From an uncultured virus (IMG/VR IMGVR_UViG_3300025417_000001) (taxonomy: Duplodnaviria > Heunggongvirae > Uroviricota > Caudoviricetes): a DNA stretch of 64,000 nt. The DNA lies in the IMG/VR virus record IMGVR_UViG_3300025417_000001, one strand, 5' to 3'. Below are positions 1-6,741 of this stretch, piece by piece. Position 1 is the first letter of the stretch; the number at the start of each line of letters is the position of its first letter. Below the pieces are notes generated by a model. The model did no database searches, was not told the origin of the DNA, and worked only from the letters and a program-made list of their open reading frames with translations. Position numbers and translations under genes: made by a program.

Positions 1-120
1 TAGGGCAATAGCAATAAATTGTGGAATAAACTCAAAAGTTCCACCTTCTGTTTCTATTGGATAAGTTGTAGTTGCAGAGAGCAATCCAACAATCTCTGCT
101 AATAATTCCTCATGAGTCAT
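1..120 (-). CDS. hypothetical protein (partial, runs off left edge)
   Basis: ATG at 120 reads MTHEELLAEIVGLLS... open to the window edge; TACAGT -10 six nt upstream (leaderless). Confidence 0.6.
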   Translation of the reverse strand, partial: MTHEELLAEIVGLLSATTTYPIETEGGTFEFIPQFIAIAL

Positions 121-175
121 AACCGCACTGTAGCACAATTGGCTACTGCCTGGAAATATGGGGTATGATCCTCAT

Positions 176-697
176 ATGCTGGAAGTGACTCATGGAACCT
201 CAATTGCTGATTACAGTCGTTGTAAGAGGTCAAACCCAACCGCCTGCCCAGAATGCAAGAAAGCAGCTGCAGATTACATTAGAGCTCGTAGGGATGCTGA
301 TAGGGATAAAGACCGTCTACAGAGAAGACTTCAACGCCTTCGTAACCCAGAAAAGCGTAGAAAAGTAGAGAAGCGTTATAGGGATAAGTACCCTGAGAAG
401 CAACGTATGAAAGAACGTAGGAAACGTGCTCGTCAGAAGCACATCTTAACCGCGCCGTATACATACCGTGATGTCCTAGACCTATGGGGTACAGATTGCC
501 ACATCTGCAACCTCTCCATAGATATGCGAATAACCAGGAACTGTGGCGAAGAAGGCTGGGAAGAGGGCCTACACCTAGACCACGTAATACCCCTATCCAA
601 AAATGGCCCCGATATCATCAGCAATGTAAAACCCTCCCACGCAAAATGCAACCTCAGCAAGAGCGCTAGGCTACTGTCTGAACTAATATCCTCTTAA
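176..697 (+). CDS. HNH endonuclease
   Basis: CHIC...LHLDHVIPLSKNG...HAKCN motif; start placed at 176 because TATGAT (164-169) lies 6 nt upstream. Confidence 0.85.
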   Translation: MLEVTHGTSIADYSRCKRSNPTACPECKKAAADYIRARRDADRDKDRLQRRLQRLRNPEKRRKVEKRYRDKYPEKQRMKERRKRARQKHILTAPYTYRDVLDLWGTDCHICNLSIDMRITRNCGEEGWEEGLHLDHVIPLSKNGPDIISNVKPSHAKCNLSKSARLLSELISS

Positions 698-852
698 AAA
701 TATCAGCCTCACCCGCTTTTTGGGACACTGCCAAAAACCTAAAATTCATTACCTGGGAATATCATCTGGCGGGGGTCTTGGTGGGAGTGTGACTTAACTC
801 ACGGGGGGTCAAGCGTGAGGGCGATTATAACGAAAGTGTTATATAAATGTGC

Positions 853-881
853 TTGACCTATGTTCGGCGCGGTAATAGTGT
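853..881 (+). promoter_or_regulatory. sigma70/SigA-type early promoter
   Basis: TTGACC-17nt-TAGTGT upstream of RBS gaaaggg and ATG 928. Confidence 0.7.
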
Positions 882-927
882 TCTCTTAGTGGAAACACCA
901 CTGCACTACCCACGAAAGGGATAAAAA

Positions 928-1095
928 ATGAGCACCATAACCGCAGACCTATCGTATGCAGACCTTATCTGCATACAAAATCTATTACTAGCCTACTCAT
1001 TAACCGCGCACACTCAAGGTAACACCAGCGTATCTAAACTCGCTGGAGAACTAGCGTCTAAAGTAACCAATAAAATTATGACTATGGAGGCATAA
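928..1095 (+). CDS. small hypothetical protein (55 aa)
   Basis: Manually translated MSTITADLSYADL...; RBS present. Confidence 0.6.
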   Translation: MSTITADLSYADLICIQNLLLAYSLTAHTQGNTSVSKLAGELASKVTNKIMTMEA

Positions 1096-1098
1096 GGA

Positions 1099-1275
1099 AT
1101 GATCTTTTACAACGGCTTTAATCTATTAGTAGATGTAATCATCGCTGGTCTAGTCTTCTTCTTTACCCGCCGTTCATCTTGGCTGGAGGGATACCAAGCA
1201 GGGGAACAAGACGCACAGGAACACGCTGAGCGCGCTGGCGATTACTTCTATGACCAGGAAAAGGAGGGCTGGTAA
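1099..1275 (+). CDS. small membrane-anchored protein (58 aa)
   Basis: MIFYNGFNLLVDVIIAGLVFFFTRR hydrophobic N-terminus; RBS ggagg; stop overlaps next start. Confidence 0.6.
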   Translation: MIFYNGFNLLVDVIIAGLVFFFTRRSSWLEGYQAGEQDAQEHAERAGDYFYDQEKEGW

Positions 1276-1487
1276 TGTGGGAGCAATTAGAATTAAACTT
1301 TACCCCGACCAAGGAGGAACTAGAAAGTGAACTTACTAGAATTAACGACAACCAAGCCTACCTTGCAGACACTAGTATGGGATATAAAATACTTAACCGC
1401 GAGTGTGAACGGTGTAATACTCAAGCAGACACGGACAGTATCCCTCACTATCGGTGGGAGGACAGTAACCTTATCCGAGGACACTAA
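1275..1487 (+). CDS. hypothetical protein
   Basis: ORF track; RBS aaggagg; TAATG coupling. Confidence 0.6.
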   Translation: MWEQLELNFTPTKEELESELTRINDNQAYLADTSMGYKILNRECERCNTQADTDSIPHYRWEDSNLIRGH

Positions 1488-1511
1488 GGTTTCCTAGTGG
1501 GTAGGAAAACG

Positions 1512-1546
1512 ATAGCCCCTGCGCGACGGCAGGGGCTATTTTGTTT
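1512..1546 (+). terminator. intrinsic terminator
   Basis: atagcccctgc/gcaggggctat stem followed by T-rich tract. Confidence 0.8.
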
Positions 1547-1632
1547 GTGTTGGGCTATATATGGCAAAGGCGCGAAGCGGTCTTTGCAAAAATATGCCCT
1601 GCATATTTTTCATATATAGCCCAACACAAACA
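1542..1632. repeat. T-shaped palindromic element, copy A
   Basis: 22-bp inverted repeat TGTTTGTGTTGGGCTATATATG enclosing two abutting hairpins (1564-1587, 1588-1610). Confidence 0.9.
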
Positions 1633-1687
1633 TTTAGAAGCTCATGGCCGAACCTGGGAGTTTCCTGGGAATTGGACGAGAGTGAAA

Positions 1688-1743
1688 CGTTATCAAAACG
1701 TTATCTAATCCTAAGTAGAGATAGAGTGAGATAGGGCTATGCT
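1688..1743 (+). promoter_or_regulatory. tandem 11-bp GTTATC boxes plus -10 TATGCT
   Basis: CGTTATCAAAA-CGTTATCTAAT at 1688-1709; TATGCT at 1738-1743. Confidence 0.65.
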
Positions 1744-1788
1744 GGGCCCGTGGGAAACCATTCCCGCGCTTATATATGGAGGCAAAAA

Positions 1789-2730
1789 ATGAACACACGA
1801 ACACCTACATGGCACACGCTCGCTAAATCTATCGTGCGCCCACATGAAAAACTAACAACCGCGCAAATGCTAGACCGCGCACAACTAGCAGGCTGGAATG
1901 TCCGTAAGGAACCTATCCTTTATCCTGCTGGCGTTAAATCACTCTCTAAGGATTACTACGTGCTACGCGATACCCCTAACGGCGTGGAATCTCTTGCCGT
2001 AGTCGGTGAAAAATATCAACCATATCAAAATGAGGAAATGCTCGCTTTCGCGGATAATCTCCTAGATGGTGGCGCCGAATGGGAATCTGCTGGATTCTTC
2101 AAGCAAGGTAAGGTTATCTTTGGCGCGCTCACCATTGACCATGAATTTACTATCGCTGGCGCTGAGGATACGACTAAGACATATCTCCTAGTCTCATCAT
2201 CACATGATGGCTCTAGTTCAATCCGCGCATGCGTTACCCCTGTGCGCGTTATCTGCCAAAATACGCTAAGCCTAGCCTTTAAGCGCGCTAAGCAATCATG
2301 GAGCGTGCGTCATACCGCTGGAACCGCTGGGCGCATGGAGGAGGCTCGCCTTGCTCTTGAATTGACCCATGATTACATGGACGAATTCTCAACCATGGCG
2401 AATGAATTGTTTGAGCAAGAAATCACGAATCAAAAGTTTGACGAAATCTACAAGGCAATTTATCCAATGCCTGAGGATGATAAGAAGGCTAGCCTTACAC
2501 GCTGGAATCAAAACTTTGATTTAACCCGCGGTTTATATTTATCCTCCCCTACTAATGCCAATATCACAGGAACCAAATGGGGCGCGCTCAATGCACTAAC
2601 GGAGCGCATAGACTGGTATCGCGCAGGCGATAAGCCTATTACAGAGGGTCTTTCTGCCAGCGCAAGCGGGTTTGAAACCTCAGTTCAACAGGAAAAGGCA
2701 CGAATCCTAGAGGTTGTGCAAGCCCTCTAA
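1789..2730 (+). CDS. DUF932/DUF945 family phage/plasmid protein
   Basis: WH...GWNV, VVGEKYQPYQN, SSHDGSSS, TPVRVICQNTL, GTKWGALNALTE motifs; RBS ggagg before ATG 1789. Confidence 0.85.
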   Translation: MNTRTPTWHTLAKSIVRPHEKLTTAQMLDRAQLAGWNVRKEPILYPAGVKSLSKDYYVLRDTPNGVESLAVVGEKYQPYQNEEMLAFADNLLDGGAEWESAGFFKQGKVIFGALTIDHEFTIAGAEDTTKTYLLVSSSHDGSSSIRACVTPVRVICQNTLSLAFKRAKQSWSVRHTAGTAGRMEEARLALELTHDYMDEFSTMANELFEQEITNQKFDEIYKAIYPMPEDDKKASLTRWNQNFDLTRGLYLSSPTNANITGTKWGALNALTERIDWYRAGDKPITEGLSASASGFETSVQQEKARILEVVQAL

Positions 2731-2742
2731 CCTTATCCGCAA

Positions 2743-2776
2743 AAGGGCTCCAGCCGAAAGGCTGGGGCTCTTTTTG
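2743..2776 (+). terminator. intrinsic terminator
   Basis: gggctccagcc-gaaa-ggctggggctc followed by T tract. Confidence 0.8.
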
Positions 2777-2866
2777 TTTGTGTTGGGCAATAACGGCAGA
2801 ATGCAGCTTGCTGATTCTGCAAAAAAATACGCAGTATTTTTTTCGTTATTGCCCAACACAAACAAA
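2773..2866. repeat. T-shaped palindromic element, copy B
   Basis: 23-bp inverted repeat enclosing hairpins 2796-2820 and 2821-2843. Confidence 0.9.
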
Positions 2867-2867
2867 T

Positions 2868-2934
2868 TGTTATCAAATCGTTACCAAAGAAACGCGTGGA
2901 GAGTGTTGCGCTGAGAGAGCGATAGGTCTATCGT
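2868..2934 (+). promoter_or_regulatory. tandem GTTATC boxes plus promoter
   Basis: TGTTATCAAAT-CGTTACCAAAG; TTGCGC-17nt-TATCGT (2906-2934). Confidence 0.7.
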
Positions 2935-2976
2935 TCGGGGTATCGGGTAAGACCCCCCGATAGAGAAGGCAAAGAA

Positions 2977-3435
2977 ATGACCACAATTACATCCACTACC
3001 CGCGCACAATTCAAAGACGCAGTAGATAACTTTATCCCTGCCTATATTGCAGACGATAGTGCTATCGTTCCCCAACCAATTATCACCGCGCTTACACAAC
3101 ACACAGACCCTTCACCACGCGATTATCTTATGGGCGCGGTTAAGGATTACGATATTGTTGAATATATGAAAGCCATTCGTGCAATTTCAATGGCTCTACC
3201 TGCTGATAACCGCAAGTCGGCTACGATAATCCTATCCGCCCTCAATTACGAAATGGGCAACGATGACCTATCAAATGCCTTTCTAATATCCGTCTTGGCG
3301 GAGGATGGGGATTATTCACTCGCTAAGTTATTGAAGCGTGTCTATACCGCAGGTTGGCCAACAGAAATGTTCGCTCAAATGCGCGCAGAACTACACGATA
3401 AGGTCAATGCCGAAATGGATGACTCAGAACTCTGA
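2977..3435 (+). CDS. DUF4192-like protein
   Basis: RDYLMG and DYSLAKLL...AGWP pattern resembles the C-terminal part of actinobacterial DUF4192. Confidence 0.6.
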   Translation: MTTITSTTRAQFKDAVDNFIPAYIADDSAIVPQPIITALTQHTDPSPRDYLMGAVKDYDIVEYMKAIRAISMALPADNRKSATIILSALNYEMGNDDLSNAFLISVLAEDGDYSLAKLLKRVYTAGWPTEMFAQMRAELHDKVNAEMDDSEL

Positions 3436-3452
3436 CCCTAATCAGACACACG

Positions 3453-3485
3453 ATAGCCCTAGCGAAAGCTGGGGCTATTTTGTTT
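3453..3485 (+). terminator. intrinsic terminator
   Basis: atagccctagc-gaaa-gctggggctat followed by T tract. Confidence 0.8.
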
Positions 3486-3572
3486 GTGTCGGGCTACTAA
3501 CGGCAAATTACAGCTTGCTGAATTTGCAAAAAATAACGTAGTTATTTTTTCGCTAGTAGCCCGACACAAACA
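3481..3572. repeat. T-shaped palindromic element, copy C
   Basis: 22-bp inverted repeat (one mismatch) enclosing hairpins 3503-3527 and 3528-3550; compensatory T-A to C-G change relative to copies A and B. Confidence 0.9.
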
Positions 3573-3595
3573 TGGGCGCAGTCCCATGCGCGAAT

Positions 3596-3662
3596 CGTTA
3601 TCTAATTGTTATCAAATGTGCGGGGGTGAGAGTTGCGCGAGAGAGGGGAGGGAGAGTAAGTT
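3596..3662 (+). promoter_or_regulatory. tandem GTTATC boxes plus promoter
   Basis: CGTTATCTAAT-TGTTATCAAAT; TTGCGC-18nt-TAAGTT. Confidence 0.7.
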
Positions 3663-3705
3663 CTGAGATGTAGGGCAGACCACCTACACTAAAGGAGATA
3701 GACCA

Positions 3706-4185
3706 ATGACCTATACACAACCACCTCTATTTTATACTGAGGAGGAACACACAACCGCGCTTGAAACAATGAAACAAGACGCGGAATATCGTATCCAAGT
3801 AGCGCGAGATAGTATGAACGCTACCAACCAAGAATACACACTTACCGCGGTAAAAGAAATGGTTCAAGACTATACCCTTGACCGCGAAACAGGTATCGCT
3901 GTTTATAATCGTATCGCAGTTGCAAATGGCTGGGATGAAATCACTAACCTTACCCGCAAATGGACAGTAGAAGTTATCTACAACGGCACGACTATTGGCG
4001 AGTTCGCTGATGTTGAGGCTGATGACGAGGACCACGCTACCCAAGAAGTCGGCGAAAACCTAGAAATTGAAGCCACCCTAAATCTAACAGTTACCTACAA
4101 CAACGATAGCGTTAGTGGCGAAGCCTATATCAACGAGTGGGATATCGCTGATGAGTTCATCTTTAACGCGGTAGAACAGGAATAA
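3706..4185 (+). CDS. acidic hypothetical protein
   Basis: ORF track; RBS aaaggag. Confidence 0.75.
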   Translation: MTYTQPPLFYTEEEHTTALETMKQDAEYRIQVARDSMNATNQEYTLTAVKEMVQDYTLDRETGIAVYNRIAVANGWDEITNLTRKWTVEVIYNGTTIGEFADVEADDEDHATQEVGENLEIEATLNLTVTYNNDSVSGEAYINEWDIADEFIFNAVEQE

Positions 4186-4189
4186 CCTT

Positions 4190-4714
4190 ATGAACACAGA
4201 CGAACGCAAGTATCGCTTTACCGAAATCGCTACCACTATTGACCTCCTCCCCGAGGTCAATATGGAAGGCTCTGACCAACCCGACACCGAGGACTGGAGG
4301 CTTCCTAACGGCACGATAGGCTTATCCGACGGGAAACTATTCTCCGCGTTAATATGCCAAACACTTAAAGGCGAGCAGGATTATCGTTTTAAGATGGTTG
4401 CCACCCTTTCTAATACCGCGCTTAGCAGTATTAGGGAAAAGGACAATAGGGATGAAGCCCCAAGTGATGACGACCTTACCGCGCTATGCATAGCAATAAA
4501 TGTATTGTGGGCGGAAGGGGTTGCCAACGGATTATGCCAAATGCTAGGTATGATGAGTAGCATAGTTACCCGTTATGACCTAGATATGCCTGAGTTAGCC
4601 ACCGCTATCTTTAGACCACAAAGCGCGGTGGATAAGTATGACAAATTAGACCCAATAAGAATACTAGAGGGTAAAGGGTTTGAGGATGCCCTTGATATCC
4701 TCTCAAAGGATTAG
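4190..4714 (+). CDS. hypothetical protein
   Basis: ORF track; operonic. Confidence 0.7.
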   Translation: MNTDERKYRFTEIATTIDLLPEVNMEGSDQPDTEDWRLPNGTIGLSDGKLFSALICQTLKGEQDYRFKMVATLSNTALSSIREKDNRDEAPSDDDLTALCIAINVLWAEGVANGLCQMLGMMSSIVTRYDLDMPELATAIFRPQSAVDKYDKLDPIRILEGKGFEDALDILSKD

Positions 4715-4740
4715 TAACTAGGTCAGTTACTAATACACAT

Positions 4741-4824
4741 AGCAGGGGTGTTTTTGCCTCCTTTCTTAGTTCCCTGCTCGCATAACCCTAGTCATTGTGG
4801 AAGGCGACTAGGGTTATTGTGTTT
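4741..4824 (+). ncRNA. putative 3'-UTR small RNA: anti-SD hairpin plus terminator
   Basis: agcagggg/tccctgct stem with loop TGTTTTTGCCTCCTTTCTTAGT, then ataaccctagtc/gactagggttat terminator. Confidence 0.5.
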
Positions 4825-4835
4825 CACGTGAAACT
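4820..4835. promoter_or_regulatory. parS: parS-like site
   Basis: TGTTTCACGTGAAACT; 14-bp core GTTTCACGTGAAAC identical to the chromosomal parS consensus. Confidence 0.75.
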
Positions 4836-4843
4836 CGGCGGCA

Positions 4844-4952
4844 AATGTTTGTGTTGACCCACCCACCCACACCTAGGGATATCTCCCTTGAAACCCTATA
4901 AGCCTATTGGCTTATTTGGCTAATAGCAAAGCTATTAGCCAACACAAACATT
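4844..4952. repeat. variant copy D of the TGTTTGTGTTG inverted-repeat element
   Basis: AATGTTTGTGTTG (4844-4856) / CAACACAAACATT (4940-4952) enclosing hairpins 4898-4915 and 4916-4942. Confidence 0.75.
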
Positions 4953-5187
4953 CCACGCGCTCGGGCGTGTCTGAGAGTCTGCTGAGAGAGCGGTGAGTGA
5001 GAAAAATCACACCACCGCGCTATTGACTTCTGAGAGAGAGCATGCTAGGCGCATTGGGCTACTGCCAAATGTCGCTAAATCGCTATGTAGGCATAAGACC
5101 AGATATTTGGATAGGGCTATCGGGGTGTTATGTGATAAGAGAGGGCGCGGTTGCAGAGAGGCAGAGAGGCTGAAAGAGCCACTAATT

Positions 5188-5253
5188 CGTTATCAAATCG
5201 TTATCTAATATATGGCTTACTGAGTGGATTCTATTAGTAACTATCCCTATTGT
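5188..5253 (+). promoter_or_regulatory. tandem GTTATC boxes plus promoter
   Basis: CGTTATCAAAT-CGTTATCTAAT; TGGATT-17nt-TATTGT. Confidence 0.65.
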
Positions 5254-5319
5254 TCTCCTTAGGTGAAGCAGAGAGCCGAACCCATAACCGCGCTGAAAAC
5301 GCACAGAGAGGCAATATAC

Positions 5320-6741
5320 ATGAACCTAGCACTATTAGTAGAAAGTAAGGCAGGACTACTAGACGGACTACCTGCTACTGAGCAGACCCTTCTATTCTCC
5401 TATAATAATGAAATCCAAACCTATCACCGCACTTCTAACGGCAGTAAAGGTCGTGGGCAAGTATGGAATAAGGTTACCCAAGTTACTAGCACTAACCCTA
5501 TCTCCCACGAACCCGTAGCAGTAGTCCTTAATGACCGCGATCTACAAATGGTTGAACTAGGCTTAGTTACCAATATCGCAGTCAAGGCTCTATACGCTAA
5601 CGAAAGTGCAGACCCTATTACCGCGCCATTAACACACCAACAAGCAGTATTACTACTGAGCCAACGCCTAGAGGAAGGCGACCCAACCCTTGCCGATTAC
5701 ATTACAGACAGGCGTAGGAATAGCACCATTACTCCAACCAATACTCCAACCGCGACTAACACTATCGCCGAAGGTGTAATACAAAATATCGCAGAAACCC
5801 CAACCACCCCTAAAGTGGAAGTGGCTATGGAAGCCGATAAGGTTAATGAAAGGGTTAATGAAAGTGAATTGGCTTATATGAATATGATTAGCGTTCCCGA
5901 CCCTAAGTGGGCGAAGCAATATGTTAATCGTAAGTTTAACGGCAAGACTGAGTGGGAAATCTATGATGAAGCACTTAAAGACGGCGACAATATTTTAATT
6001 GAAGGTGGCGCAGGGTCGGGTAAGACTATCTCGGTTCAGTCCTACGCTTCGGCTAGGGGCATGCGTTACTTCAATGTATCTAACTCCAATGGAATTGACC
6101 CAAGCCAACTATTCGGTCGTTGGATACCAAAAGCAGACGGACAAGGTTATCGTTGGCAAGACGGCGCGGTAACCCTATTGGTTCGCTATGGTGGCGTGTT
6201 ACTACTCAATGAAGTTAATTTCCTTCCTGAGCGCGTATCAACAGTCCTATATTCTCTATTAGATTACCGCCGAGAAATCCAACTCCTAGAAAATGGTGGA
6301 GAAGTAATCAAGGCTCACCCTGACCTGCTCATTATCGCTGATATGAACGCAGGTTATCGTGGAACGCATGAACTATCGCAAGCATGGAACGACCGCTACA
6401 CAATTAAGTTAGAGTTTCTTTACGATAAGGCTATTGAACTTAAAGTGGTTGGTAATCGTGCGCTACTAAGCCTAGCCGATAAGTTACGCGACCAATACGA
6501 TAAAGAGGAACTCACCACCCCTATCTCAACTCGCTCACTCGTAGCCTTTACCAAGAACGCCAAGCGGTTCGGACTAGAGTTTGCAATTACTTCGTTCGTC
6601 AATGGCTTCAATAAAGAGGAACGCGGTGGGGTAAGACTAGCGTGTGAAACCTTCAAGGAAAATATCGCTGAGGAACTAGGCGTTAAGGTTATGCCTAACT
6701 TAGATACAGACCAATTCCGCGTGGAGAATATAAATGCCTAG
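5320..6741 (+). CDS. MoxR/CbbQ-type AAA+ ATPase
   Basis: Walker A GGAGSGKT, WQDG, Walker B LLLNE, MNAGYRGT; followed by VWA gene. Confidence 0.85.
   Translation: MNLALLVESKAGLLDGLPATEQTLLFSYNNEIQTYHRTSNGSKGRGQVWNKVTQVTSTNPISHEPVAVVLNDRDLQMVELGLVTNIAVKALYANESADPITAPLTHQQAVLLLSQRLEEGDPTLADYITDRRRNSTITPTNTPTATNTIAEGVIQNIAETPTTPKVEVAMEADKVNERVNESELAYMNMISVPDPKWAKQYVNRKFNGKTEWEIYDEALKDGDNILIEGGAGSGKTISVQSYASARGMRYFNVSNSNGIDPSQLFGRWIPKADGQGYRWQDGAVTLLVRYGGVLLLNEVNFLPERVSTVLYSLLDYRREIQLLENGGEVIKAHPDLLIIADMNAGYRGTHELSQAWNDRYTIKLEFLYDKAIELKVVGNRALLSLADKLRDQYDKEELTTPISTRSLVAFTKNAKRFGLEFAITSFVNGFNKEERGGVRLACETFKENIAEELGVKVMPNLDTDQFRVENINA

Noticed and set aside
1542..3572. CRISPR array or integron attC cassettes
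   Set aside because: Repeats are separated by whole genes, not short spacers; no attC-style RYYYAAC/GTTRRRY ends or integrase seen.
4993..5208. 71-aa ORF upstream of the AAA+ gene
   Set aside because: No RBS, overlaps regulatory boxes and lies upstream of the predicted promoter.
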